A stretch of DNA of 28,096 nt from Nitrososphaerales archaeon (GTDB lineage Archaea > Thermoproteota > Nitrososphaeria > Nitrososphaerales > UBA213): positions 1-28,096 of the forward strand of contig JAZFZF010000231.1 of the NCBI GenBank assembly GCA_036443875.1. Reading direction: 5' to 3'. Shown piece after piece: positions 7,970-17,488 of the stretch. The position numbers were made by a program, and so were the translations under genes. Position 1 is the stretch's first letter, and each line of letters starts with the position of its first letter. The notes under the pieces were generated by a model. It was not told the origin of the DNA. It did no database searches and saw nothing but the letters and a program-made list of their open reading frames with translations.

Positions 7970-9526
7970 TCACCGTCTTCTGTTTATTATTATTGATATG
8001 CCCATAATTGCAGCTGACGCTACTAATCCAATCTGGCCCAATAACGGATTTGACTGCATTATAATAGATGAGCCTATTATTGCAGAAGATGTTAGAACAC
8101 TGCCAGCGATCAAAGTATTCTTACTCTGCTTACCATTCATAGCATTAGGGTTCTCTAAATACGATTTTAGTAATGGAACAACTGCCATTGAATCGTTCAA
8201 TGCTTTCGCAAACCTGCTGAAAGTATCCTTCACTTCCTCAACGTAAGCTTCCTTCATAAGACCTTCCTCCTCGAGCAGAGATCTCAATACTCCGACGAAT
8301 CGAAATTCAACTTTCAGGGTAAGGTAGATCCCTTCAAGTATGGAAGCCATCCTCATATAAAGCGCAAGCTGTTTTGGAAGTCTGAATGGAAATCTTGTCA
8401 TTGTCTTATTGGCAAGCTCCATTAATGCTTTAACTTCCATTTCATCTATCGTCTTTCCATGAAGCTCCTGCATCGCAAAACCTATTCCTTTTTCAACAAC
8501 CTGTCTATTCGCTTCTGGCGAGAGTGCACCTAGAGCAAGCAACACATTTACTGTCCTTGAAGGTTCCTTCTCTACTAATGAAAGGTACAGTCGAACAAGT
8601 TTTAGTCTTGTTTCATTGTCAAGTCTTCCCACCATACCGAAGTCATATAGTATAATCGAACCGTCTTCTGTAACAGAAATATTGCCGGGATGAGGATCGG
8701 CATGGAAAAGATCGTGTCTAAGTAGCATCTTGAAGAAGAGTCTATGAACCCTGAACACTAGCTTGGCCTTATCAATTCTAATCTCTTCTAGTTTCTTTGC
8801 ATCCGTTATCTTGATACCAGGAACATATTCTAGGGTTAGAACCTTTCTGGTACTTCTGTCCGGGTACACATTCGGAATTATCACCCAATTTTCATCATAC
8901 AGGTTTTTCTTTATGCGTAAAAGGTTCTCCACTTCCACCTTATAGTCCATTTCCTCGTAAACCGTTTCTATGAACTGGGCAAACATTGACTCGGCTGAAA
9001 ATGCAATGTTTTTATCGACAAATCGTATTGCCAATGGTAAGAGCTTCTTTAAAGCTGCTATATCCTTCGCAACAATTTCTTGAATGTTGGGTCTATTTAC
9101 CTTCACGATCACGTCCCTTCCCTTGTAAAGCGCGCGGTACACCTGGCCTATACTTGCACCAGAAATGCAAGCAGTATCGAAAGAATCAAATGTTTTCTCG
9201 ATTGGACCAAGTTCCTGTTCTATAATTCCTTTGACCTCTGCGAACGGTGCTGGTGTAACATTATCTTGTAATTTGGAAAATTCTTCCAAGTATGGCTCTG
9301 GTAAAAGATCTGCCCTGCTTGAAAGCCACTGTCCTAATTTTATGAATGACGGACCTAGTCTGATAAAGACCTTTACAGCTTTCTTACCATGTTTTCTGAA
9401 CTTTTCCTCATTGATGTTCCTGCCTTCTTTCCTGACCCATTCCCTTCTGTCACGCTTGAAAGTGATTACAACTGGTAGTAACGTTAGTGCTACCTTGACG
9501 GCTCTGCCTTTTGACCCACTTGTCAT
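7970..9526 (-). CDS. ABC1/AarF/UbiB-family atypical kinase
   Basis: LGPSFIKLGQWLSSRAD, ASIGQVYRA, VIVKV, FHADPHPGN and YDFGMVG motifs, plus C-terminal TM helices. Likely start is 9526; the track gives 9553. Confidence 0.92.
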   Translation of the reverse strand: MTSGSKGRAVKVALTLLPVVITFKRDRREWVRKEGRNINEEKFRKHGKKAVKVFIRLGPSFIKLGQWLSSRADLLPEPYLEEFSKLQDNVTPAPFAEVKGIIEQELGPIEKTFDSFDTACISGASIGQVYRALYKGRDVIVKVNRPNIQEIVAKDIAALKKLLPLAIRFVDKNIAFSAESMFAQFIETVYEEMDYKVEVENLLRIKKNLYDENWVIIPNVYPDRSTRKVLTLEYVPGIKITDAKKLEEIRIDKAKLVFRVHRLFFKMLLRHDLFHADPHPGNISVTEDGSIILYDFGMVGRLDNETRLKLVRLYLSLVEKEPSRTVNVLLALGALSPEANRQVVEKGIGFAMQELHGKTIDEMEVKALMELANKTMTRFPFRLPKQLALYMRMASILEGIYLTLKVEFRFVGVLRSLLEEEGLMKEAYVEEVKDTFSRFAKALNDSMAVVPLLKSYLENPNAMNGKQSKNTLIAGSVLTSSAIIGSSIIMQSNPLLGQIGLVASAAIMGISIIINRRR

Positions 9527-9531
9527 TCGAC

Positions 9532-9924
9532 TCACTTTTTGAAATGCTTGCAAAACTTGTAGCCTAGATACCCAGCGGTTACAAATGTTAGAGATCCCAT
9601 TAGCACACCTTCAACCAAAGCGTTTTTGGATCTTTTTTTCCTTTTATTGAACACATCACTTCCTGCTTTCATAGCAAAGCATATACTAGAAGCTATGCCG
9701 ATCAAAGTCTCTGGAGAATCTTTTAACAAATGACCAAACGGATCTTTCCTCGGATCTACTTTATCCATGTGAACAACATACCTGTCATAATATTCTCTAA
9801 TATGCAAATTGCCATAACGATACTGCTTCCTTGCACCCCTTCTTTCTCCCCAACTGGTTTCTTCAGCTGCTTCCATCATTATAGGGCGCACGGACATGGG
9901 GACTTCTATCTCTCCATCATCCAT
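9532..9924 (-). CDS. Conserved hypothetical membrane protein
   Basis: 130 aa with QYRYGNLHIREY..HMDKVDP..DPFGHL and two C-terminal hydrophobic segments. Co-oriented with the ABC1 kinase. Confidence 0.75.
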   Translation of the reverse strand: MDDGEIEVPMSVRPIMMEAAEETSWGERRGARKQYRYGNLHIREYYDRYVVHMDKVDPRKDPFGHLLKDSPETLIGIASSICFAMKAGSDVFNKRKKRSKNALVEGVLMGSLTFVTAGYLGYKFCKHFKK

Positions 9925-10106
9925 ACTGTCTGCTAAGGGTCGGAAGCAATATAACTATAGCGGGTTTTTACAAGAAATCTATTTCATATTCTCAGAACAA
10001 ATATCCCTATGAATATCAGAAAAGGTCGCATTAACTGGGCACACATCAATCCTTAATATATTATTTTCATAGGATTCTATAATCCAGAAGGTTAGATTAG
10101 TTTCTC

Positions 10107-10226
10107 TCAAAACGCATCTTCACGTCTATCTTCCCATTATTCTTCCATTGCCTTTGCTTTAACTCTTGCCTTCCTCTCTTCGTGGCTGAACGCTCTTGAC
10201 AAATCATTAGCGAATCTGTTAGCAGT
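10107..10226 (-). pseudogene. Possible relic of a small charged helical protein
   Basis: TANRFANDLSRAFSHEERKARVKAKAMEE*WEDRREDAF* with one internal TAA at 10139-10137 and no start codon. Confidence 0.25.
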
Positions 10227-10290
10227 CTACTCTATGCCAGCCTAATATAAAACACCATGTGAATCCTCATAACATTGTACCATGAATTCA

Positions 10291-10710
10291 CTATTCTCCG
10301 ATTATCTGCACGACCAAACTTCTATTCCTGTTTCTAATATCAAGTTCGATCAGGATTATTTGTTGCCAAGTGCCAAGTGTTAAATGCTTATTCGTAAAGG
10401 GCACTGTCAACGACGGTCCTACCAAAGAAGCTCTTATATGTGAATGTCCGTTCCCGTCGTGCCACATCTGTTGGTGTTTATAAGTAATATTTTTCGCTGC
10501 AATTCTCTCCAGCATATCTGGAAAATCACTTAGTAGTCCTGGTTCGTATTCTATGGTTGTAACAGCAGCGGTTGAACCTAGAACAAAAACAGTTGCTATT
10601 CCATCATTCATATTGCTTCCTTCTACAGCTTTTACAACTTCATTAGTTATGTTCACCATCTGCAACTCTCTTTCCGTTTTGATTTTCATCGTTTTGGTTA
10701 TTACTACCAT
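10291..10710 (-). CDS. yjbQ: YjbQ / UPF0047 family (secondary thiamine-phosphate synthase-like)
   Basis: GSTAAVTTIEYEPGL, HDGNGHSHIRASL and LGTWQQI.L.E.D motifs. ATG at 10710 gives 139 aa. Confidence 0.92.
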   Translation of the reverse strand: MVVITKTMKIKTERELQMVNITNEVVKAVEGSNMNDGIATVFVLGSTAAVTTIEYEPGLLSDFPDMLERIAAKNITYKHQQMWHDGNGHSHIRASLVGPSLTVPFTNKHLTLGTWQQIILIELDIRNRNRSLVVQIIGE

Positions 10711-10764
10711 ACAATTGATGAATTGACAGGTACGTTTAAGCGTAGTGTTAATACAAGGAACGAT
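10711..10764. promoter_or_regulatory. Compact bidirectional promoter (yjbQ / NUDIX)
   Basis: 54-nt gap with a central TTTAAG/CTTAAA (10735-40), about 25-30 nt from both ATGs. Confidence 0.4.
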
Positions 10765-11274
10765 ATGACCGAAAGCAAGCGCGTATTCGATGGAAGGATA
10801 ATCAGTGTTAGAGTTGATAGAGTACAGATCAATGGAAGGGAAACTATACGGGAAGTTGTTGAACACGGTGGTTCTGCTGCTACACTTCCCTTAATTGGCG
10901 ATACGATAATAATGGAAAAGCAGTACCGATATGCTATTGGAAAAGAACTGTATGAAATTCCTGCTGGGACAATCGAGAAGGGAGAAAGCCCTGAAAAGTG
11001 TGCTACAAGAGAGCTTGTTGAAGAAACTGGTTTCAAAGCTGGAAGACTTGAACCACTTGGGCAATGCTATATGACTCCTGGCTACTCTACTGAAATGATG
11101 TACTTCTTTGTTGCCACTGATCTGAAAGAAGCGAAGAGCCAAGAGATGGATGCAGATGAGCAACTTACTACTGTGAAAATAAGTATTGATGATGCTGTAA
11201 GGATGATATCAAATGGTGAAATTCAGGACGCGAAGACCGTTTACGCAATATTGACTTACAGGTCGAAACGTTAA
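10765..11274 (+). CDS. NUDIX hydrolase, ADP-ribose pyrophosphatase (NudF)-like
   Basis: Nudix box GTIEKGESPEKCATRELVEETGF, plus REVVEH, QYRY and IQDAKT. Likely start is 10765. Confidence 0.92.
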   Translation: MTESKRVFDGRIISVRVDRVQINGRETIREVVEHGGSAATLPLIGDTIIMEKQYRYAIGKELYEIPAGTIEKGESPEKCATRELVEETGFKAGRLEPLGQCYMTPGYSTEMMYFFVATDLKEAKSQEMDADEQLTTVKISIDDAVRMISNGEIQDAKTVYAILTYRSKR

Positions 11275-11300
11275 ATTTGACGCTTATGGAAAATATTGTG

Positions 11301-11377
11301 TTTGATGAGACTAACCTGCACTGATCCTAAGGACACCCGGATATGAAGAGATGCATCTCGACTGACGTCTCATCAAA
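11301..11377 (+). ncRNA. Box C/D guide sRNA candidate
   Basis: C box TTGATGA (11302-08), 12-nt guide, D' CTGA (11321-24), C' ATGAAGA (11343-49), 12-nt guide, D CTGA (11362-65). Upstream CGAAACG-TTAAAT (11264-76) is BRE/TATA-like. Confidence 0.8.
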
Positions 11378-11420
11378 TTTTCTTCCCAAATATTTATTAT
11401 ACATTGAATAGGAAAGCTAC

Positions 11421-13904
11421 TTGATGTATGTTCAAACTAAGAAGTTCGAACTCCCCGGAAGTAAACCAAATTACATTCCAGCCAAACAGTTCACAATCAA
11501 GCATATGAAACTTGAACTGAAGCCAGATTTCGATGAAAAGAGCATCATCTGTAGGCAGACGCTTACAATAAGTGCAGTTCAAGACGGTTTTGATCATGTA
11601 ATACTTGATGCGGCCGAGTTGAACATCAGATCTGTACGTACCAATGAACAGTCCTTACAGTTCAAAACCTTTGATGACAAACTAAGAATAGATTTTCCCA
11701 CTCCTGCCGGTGAAGATGAAACTATTATAATTTCAATTGATTATGATGCCAAACCGAGGCAGGGGTTTTATTTCGTAAAGCCAGATCAGAATTATCCTGA
11801 CAAGCAGGTTCAGGCATGGACTCAAGGTGAAGCCACACAGTCAAGGTATTGGTTTCCATGCTTCGATCATCCAGACATGAAATTCACGAGCGAAATGATT
11901 GTTGAAGTTCCAAATGATTTTGTTGTTATATCGAATGGAAAGTTGGTTGACGTAACCAAAATGGAGCTGACAAGGTATTACTGGATAGAGGAGCACCCAC
12001 ATCCTGCATATCTAACATCAGTAGTTATTGGAAAGTATGAAGAGATAAAAGAGAATTATAATGGTATAGATCTATTATATTACGTACCAGAAGAAAAAGT
12101 CGATAAGGCACCACTTGTGTTCTCCAACACAATAAGCATGATAAAGTTCTTCGAGGAGTATACGGGAGTAAAGTATCCTTACGATAAGTATGCACAGGCT
12201 ATAGTTGATGATTTCATTTACGGAGGAATGGAGAATATTAGCGCAACAACTTTGACGATGGATACATTGCATGACAAAAAGGCACACTTAGATTTCACCA
12301 GCGACCACTTGGTCTCGCATGAACTTGTACATCAGTGGTTTGGAGATTTAGTAACTTGCAGGGACTGGCAGCATATATGGCTCAATGAGTCATTCGCAAC
12401 TTACTTCGAGGCATGTTCATGGCTACATAGCAAGGGTCAGGATGAATTTAATTATTATATAATGCAGTTAGCTGAAGAATATTTTGAAGAAGCTTCGAAA
12501 CGGTACAAGAGACCAATAGTCACCAATGTATACAAACACCCTGACGATCTTTTTGATCGACACACATACGAAAAAGGCGCATGCACATTACACATGCTAA
12601 GAAATCTTGTGGGTGACCGCATCTTTAGGAAGACTATCAAATTATACGTTGAGAGGTTCAGTAACAAGAATGCTGAAACAGATGACTTTCGGAAATGTAT
12701 CGAAGAGGTATCTGGTTTAAGTTTACAACAATTTTTCGAGCAGTATATCTTCAAGCCAGGACACCTAGAATTGAAGGTCGACTTTGCGTTCGAACATTCC
12801 TCCAGAATAGGAACCATAAAACTTGCACAAATGCAGAACACAGACGATGGAACTCCCATCTATACATTCCCTCTGGATATTCATGTTACAACTGCAGAGG
12901 GCAAGAAGCAATTCAAGTTCACCATTGATTCTAAAGAACCGGTCTTTCACATTCCTCTAGATTCAGAGCCCATATGGTTTAGCATAGATCCAGAAAACAA
13001 ATTGCTGAAGAGAATGGAAGTAAAGGCATCGAAGCAGATGCTCATTGAACAGTTGAATAACGGAAACACGGTAGAAAGAATTTACGCCGCAAAGGCATTA
13101 TCGAATTTCAGCTCTGATGATGTTATAGGAGCATTGAAAGAAACCATGCTTACCGATTCTTTCTGGGGTGTGTCTGTACAATGTGCCAAAACGCTCTCAG
13201 ATATCAAGACCGAGGCTGCTTACAACTCGTTAGTTGATGCTCTTGACATAAAAAGCCCCAAGGCAAGACGAGCCGTCGTTAAAGCAATAGGAGAGTTCAA
13301 GAAGCAAGAGAGCGTCTCTTTACTGCGACCTCTACTTGAGAATGACGAAAGTTATTTCGTCCAAGCAGAATGTGCTACATCCATGGGAAAATCAACTTCG
13401 AAGGAAGCCTTTGCTACTCTATTGAAAGCATTACGAATAAGATCGTTTAATGAAGTGATAGCATGCGGTGCGCTTAAGGGCTTTGGCGAATTGAAGGATG
13501 ATATTGCATCACATGTACTGATTGAACATTCGAAGCTTGGAAAACATCATAGAATAAGGGAGGCGGCTACACTTGCGCTTGGAAAGTTTGCCAAGGACAA
13601 TGACAAAGTTATTGATCACTTGAAGCAGTTACTGAAAGATTCATGGTTTAGGGTGAGAATCAACGCGATAAAGGCATTTGTTGAGGTACAGGATTACAAA
13701 GATATCGCCAATATAGAGTGGGTTGCCAAGAACGATATTGATCCCAGAGTGCAAAGAATTGCAGAAGAAAGCGTATTGGCTCTAAGAGAATCAATGCAAA
13801 CTCCGGAGCAAATTACGCAGATGAGAGAAGAATTTGATAAATTAAAGTCACAGAATTTGGAGCTGGTACAGAGATTGGACAAAGTGGAAAGAGAACTTGC
13901 ATAG
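11421..13904 (+). CDS. M1 family aminopeptidase (PepN-like) with C-terminal HEAT repeats and coiled coil
   Basis: GGMEN, HELVHQW-x-WLNESFA zinc motif, YEKG and repeated HEAT-like helices. Confidence 0.93.
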   Translation: MMYVQTKKFELPGSKPNYIPAKQFTIKHMKLELKPDFDEKSIICRQTLTISAVQDGFDHVILDAAELNIRSVRTNEQSLQFKTFDDKLRIDFPTPAGEDETIIISIDYDAKPRQGFYFVKPDQNYPDKQVQAWTQGEATQSRYWFPCFDHPDMKFTSEMIVEVPNDFVVISNGKLVDVTKMELTRYYWIEEHPHPAYLTSVVIGKYEEIKENYNGIDLLYYVPEEKVDKAPLVFSNTISMIKFFEEYTGVKYPYDKYAQAIVDDFIYGGMENISATTLTMDTLHDKKAHLDFTSDHLVSHELVHQWFGDLVTCRDWQHIWLNESFATYFEACSWLHSKGQDEFNYYIMQLAEEYFEEASKRYKRPIVTNVYKHPDDLFDRHTYEKGACTLHMLRNLVGDRIFRKTIKLYVERFSNKNAETDDFRKCIEEVSGLSLQQFFEQYIFKPGHLELKVDFAFEHSSRIGTIKLAQMQNTDDGTPIYTFPLDIHVTTAEGKKQFKFTIDSKEPVFHIPLDSEPIWFSIDPENKLLKRMEVKASKQMLIEQLNNGNTVERIYAAKALSNFSSDDVIGALKETMLTDSFWGVSVQCAKTLSDIKTEAAYNSLVDALDIKSPKARRAVVKAIGEFKKQESVSLLRPLLENDESYFVQAECATSMGKSTSKEAFATLLKALRIRSFNEVIACGALKGFGELKDDIASHVLIEHSKLGKHHRIREAATLALGKFAKDNDKVIDHLKQLLKDSWFRVRINAIKAFVEVQDYKDIANIEWVAKNDIDPRVQRIAEESVLALRESMQTPEQITQMREEFDKLKSQNLELVQRLDKVERELA

Positions 13905-13945
13905 TATTCGTGATTATTAAATGGTGGTATGCTGCGAGGCTAAGA

Positions 13946-14920
13946 TTATGTAGTACTTGCGTAAGGTATTGGCTTCACAAGGTCTACAACATCGATCCAA
14001 CATTTAGCAATTTTATCCATTTCATATATAACATTCAGAGTAGTGGTTACGGCGTTCTGCTTTACAGAATCTAGAAGATTACTGAAATTTGCGTATTGCT
14101 TCATCGCTTTTATTGAATCGTCCCTGTTCTTATTTGCAAAAGCCCTTACTGCAATATCTTGCATTGTTTCTATAAGTTCTCCAGCCATTTTAAGATCACT
14201 GGATTTCTTTAACTGATCAATAGTAGAAATGGCTTTTGCGAGCTCTACTGTAGCATCACCCGCGCCCTCAAAAAGATTAGCCGCAATTCTATAGTCAAGC
14301 ATGTCTATATTGACGAGATTAAGTTTGCTTGCAAGTTTTGGGTTCATGATTGCGCTCCTGATCAAACGTACCAGTAAAAAGTACTGCCTGTCTACCTCAT
14401 CATCCCTTCTAGTAATAATTCTCAGCAGATTCGGCTCTTTGTTTGTTAGGGATGCTAAAGTATCCTTATACATTCCAGATACGATAGAACTCATTCTGTA
14501 TAGAATTTTCTCTGGATCAAGCGTTGTGGCATCTAGCAAAAACTGTGCGGTTATTTTATATGCATCTTCGTCAACTATTTCTAGGCCCACCATCTTCCCA
14601 ATTACTCCCTTTATAATCTCCCTATCATCATAAGATATTTGCAAGCTGCTTTTCACTTTGATAATATCGTAACCCAATAGATAAGCACCAGTGATTTCAT
14701 TTACTATAGTTCCTTTGTATTTCGATGGAAATTGTATAACACTTTCTTTTACTTCTTCCTGCTCTGTTCCAGAGGGATATACTACAAGCAAATTATCTCT
14801 TCCGACTTCAACAATAACTGTATCGCCCTTGTCCAATTTGTTGTGCTTTATCCATTCCTTCGGCAATGATACCAGAGCACTACTGCCTATCTTCTGTAAC
14901 CGTCTAGCGTATTTTACCAT
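13946..14920 (-). CDS. AbrB-PhoU phosphate uptake regulator family
   Basis: N-terminal RRLQKIGSSALVSLPKEW (AbrB/SpoVT) and GAYLLGYD, then PhoU-type RRDDEVDRQYFL. Confidence 0.85.
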   Translation of the reverse strand: MVKYARRLQKIGSSALVSLPKEWIKHNKLDKGDTVIVEVGRDNLLVVYPSGTEQEEVKESVIQFPSKYKGTIVNEITGAYLLGYDIIKVKSSLQISYDDREIIKGVIGKMVGLEIVDEDAYKITAQFLLDATTLDPEKILYRMSSIVSGMYKDTLASLTNKEPNLLRIITRRDDEVDRQYFLLVRLIRSAIMNPKLASKLNLVNIDMLDYRIAANLFEGAGDATVELAKAISTIDQLKKSSDLKMAGELIETMQDIAVRAFANKNRDDSIKAMKQYANFSNLLDSVKQNAVTTTLNVIYEMDKIAKCWIDVVDLVKPIPYASTT

Positions 14921-14946
14921 AATTATACTAATTTATACTTTTTAAA

Positions 14947-14968
14947 CAGCATTTATATATATTTGCTG
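14947..14968. promoter_or_regulatory. Dyad-symmetric site wrapped around the TATA box of the CoA operon
   Basis: CAGCAttTATATATAttTGCTG has 18 of 22 positions palindromic and lies between divergent genes. Confidence 0.4.
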
Positions 14969-14985
14969 GAAGATCGTTTTCATAC

Positions 14986-15870
14986 ATGCGTGCCGAAGCG
15001 TTTTCTCCAGGTCATGTTACAGGCTTTGTTGAATTCCCCCCTGGACTAAAAGATCCTCTGCTGAATGGATCGTGTGGAGCTGGTTTCTGCATAAGGAAGG
15101 GCGTGAGAACAACAGTAAATATTGAAAGGGCAAAGAATAGTTGTTCTATACTAATTAATGGAAAATTAGTTGATGATGCCGAAGTATCTAGGTTTGTAGT
15201 TGATGAATACCTCGCATTTGTGAATAAGAATTATAAAATAACTGTGGAGCATCAATCAGGAATTCCAATTGGTTATGGTTTGGGTTCTAGCGGAGCAGCT
15301 GCACTAAGTCTATCGCTTGCACTTAACCAAGCTCTTGGAAGACCATTAAATCATATCGAGGCTGCTCAGATAGCACATAGAGCTGACCTAGCATGCAAAT
15401 GTGGTTTTGGTACTGTGCTTGCAGAATTCCATGGCGGTTTCGAAATGCGGTTGGTTGCAGGGGCGCCAGGCATTGGTGTAGTAGAAAACATTCCATTGAC
15501 CGATAGGAAGGTAATATTATTTTGCATGGATCCAACGTGGACGAAAGATTTTCTGACAAACAAAATGAAGCCCATAAACGGTTTTGGCACAAAGATGCTT
15601 GCAAAACTAAGTAAAACAAGGTCTGTTGATGATTTTATGAGCATGTCATTACAGTTTGCAAGATCATTAGATATTATAACCAACAAATGTAAATGTGTTG
15701 TCGATGACCTACTTGCTAACAGTTACATATGTTCTACGGCAATGTTTGGTGAAACGATATTTGCTATAGTAAAGAATGATGACGTAGAAAATATGCGTAA
15801 AATTCTCAACAAGTACAATGGTAACCTGTTGGTATGCGATATTGATAATAGTGGAGCTAGGATATGTTAA
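14986..15870 (+). CDS. pok: Pantoate kinase (GHMP family)
   Basis: AFSPGHVTGF, GSCGAG, PIGYGLGSSGAAAL and GFGTV motifs. First gene of the CoA operon. Confidence 0.92.
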   Translation: MRAEAFSPGHVTGFVEFPPGLKDPLLNGSCGAGFCIRKGVRTTVNIERAKNSCSILINGKLVDDAEVSRFVVDEYLAFVNKNYKITVEHQSGIPIGYGLGSSGAAALSLSLALNQALGRPLNHIEAAQIAHRADLACKCGFGTVLAEFHGGFEMRLVAGAPGIGVVENIPLTDRKVILFCMDPTWTKDFLTNKMKPINGFGTKMLAKLSKTRSVDDFMSMSLQFARSLDIITNKCKCVVDDLLANSYICSTAMFGETIFAIVKNDDVENMRKILNKYNGNLLVCDIDNSGARIC

Positions 15871-16622
15871 GGAATATTCCACATAACCATCCTAGAGCAA
15901 TATCCCTCCAGATACGTGAGACACTTGTCGAGGGATTCAGAAATGGCATTGTTGTGGAGGAGGGTCTCATTGCACATGGAAGAGGAGAAGCACTAGATTA
16001 CCTAATTGGGGAGAGAACTACGAAGGAAGCGGGCAAGGCAATGAAATCAGCTGTTGCCCGCATGCTGCTAGCACAAAGACCTGTCATCTCCGTAAATGGA
16101 AACACTGCGTGTTTATGCGCAAAAGAAATTGTGGAACTTGCTCTAGTGACAGGTGCAAGCATAGAGGTGAACCTCTTTCATAGAAGTCCGGAGAGGGAAA
16201 TTGACATAGAAAAGTTGCTGATTTCTCATGGCGCAAACTGTGTTCATGGGATTGGGAGCAAGGCATCTGCAACTATACCAGAGCTCATGAGTGATAGGAG
16301 AAGAGTAGACCCTCAAGGTATCTATTTAGCAGATGTGGTTTTCGTTCCTCTGGAAGATGGAGATAGAACTGAGGCGTTAGTAAAGATGGGCAAGAATGTA
16401 ATTACAATCGATCTAAATCCTTTGTCAAGAACGGCCCAGAAAGCAGATGTGACCATAGTTGATAACGTGGTCAGGACAATGCCTAAGATGATAGAACTTG
16501 CTAAACGAATGGCAAAAATGAAGAAAAGTAAATTGAAAATGTGCGCGAATAACTTAGATAACAAGGAAAACCTTGTCGCTAGTTTGCAATATATTCTGAA
16601 GGGGTTGAAGGCGAGAGATTAA
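15864..16622 (+). CDS. pps: Phosphopantothenate synthetase (4-phosphopantoate--beta-alanine ligase)
   Basis: HPRAISL..RE, GLIAHGRGEALDYLIGE, EVNLFHR, VPLEDGDR and IDLNPLSRT motifs. Confidence 0.95.
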   Translation: MLRNIPHNHPRAISLQIRETLVEGFRNGIVVEEGLIAHGRGEALDYLIGERTTKEAGKAMKSAVARMLLAQRPVISVNGNTACLCAKEIVELALVTGASIEVNLFHRSPEREIDIEKLLISHGANCVHGIGSKASATIPELMSDRRRVDPQGIYLADVVFVPLEDGDRTEALVKMGKNVITIDLNPLSRTAQKADVTIVDNVVRTMPKMIELAKRMAKMKKSKLKMCANNLDNKENLVASLQYILKGLKARD

Positions 16623-17488
16623 TGGAAGACGGCAAAGCAAAGGTCACAGTAAATGAGATCGTTTCCATGAAGAAAAAAAGTAAGATAACTATGCTTACTG
16701 CATATGATTTTACCACGGCAACGCTCTGTGACAAGGCTGGTGTTGAGGTGTTGCTGGTCGGTGATAGTGCAGGCATGGTGATGCTTGGTTACAATACGAC
16801 TACACCTGTAACGATGGAAGAGATGCTACTATTTTGCAAAGCAGTTGCAAGAGCAAGCAGACGTGCAATGGTAGTAGCTGATATGCCCTTCATGTCATAC
16901 CAAGTTGATGTTACTGAAGCTGTTAGAAACGCATGCAGGTTTGTTAAGGAGGCTGGTGTTGATGCCGTCAAGATCGAGGGAGGGGAAGAGATTGTTGATA
17001 CAATAAAAGCCATTGTGAAAATTGGTGTGCCTGTTATGGGCCATATCGGACTTAAACCACAAACTGCTCTGCTTTGGCATGGGTATAAAGTGCAGGGAAA
17101 AGACAAAGAATCAGCGCTTCGACTTATACATGACGCCGTAGCACTTGAGAAGGCTGGTGTTTACTGTATTGTCCTTGAAATGGTAGTGACCGAAGTTGCA
17201 AAGATAATTACTGATATGGTGAAGATACCTACAATAGGAATTGGTGCTGGAAATGTTTGTGATGGACAGGTTCTTGTCATTCATGATCTCCTAGGCTTGT
17301 ATGAGCAAATGACGTCAAAGTTTGTCAAAAGGTATTTGAAATTATCGCAGGAAATTACAGAAGCATTACTATCCTTCAAGAATGATGTAACAAATGAAAG
17401 ATTTCCTTCTGATGAAAATACCTTCCATATGGACAGTGATGAATTTGATAAGTTATTGAAAGAATTGGGTGTGATGAAGAATGAATGA
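16622..17488 (+). CDS. panB: Ketopantoate hydroxymethyltransferase
   Basis: MLTAYD, LLVGDS.GM, ADMPF, VKIEGG, MGHIGL.PQ and IGIGAG..CDGQVLV motifs. Confidence 0.97.
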   Translation: MEDGKAKVTVNEIVSMKKKSKITMLTAYDFTTATLCDKAGVEVLLVGDSAGMVMLGYNTTTPVTMEEMLLFCKAVARASRRAMVVADMPFMSYQVDVTEAVRNACRFVKEAGVDAVKIEGGEEIVDTIKAIVKIGVPVMGHIGLKPQTALLWHGYKVQGKDKESALRLIHDAVALEKAGVYCIVLEMVVTEVAKIITDMVKIPTIGIGAGNVCDGQVLVIHDLLGLYEQMTSKFVKRYLKLSQEITEALLSFKNDVTNERFPSDENTFHMDSDEFDKLLKELGVMKNE

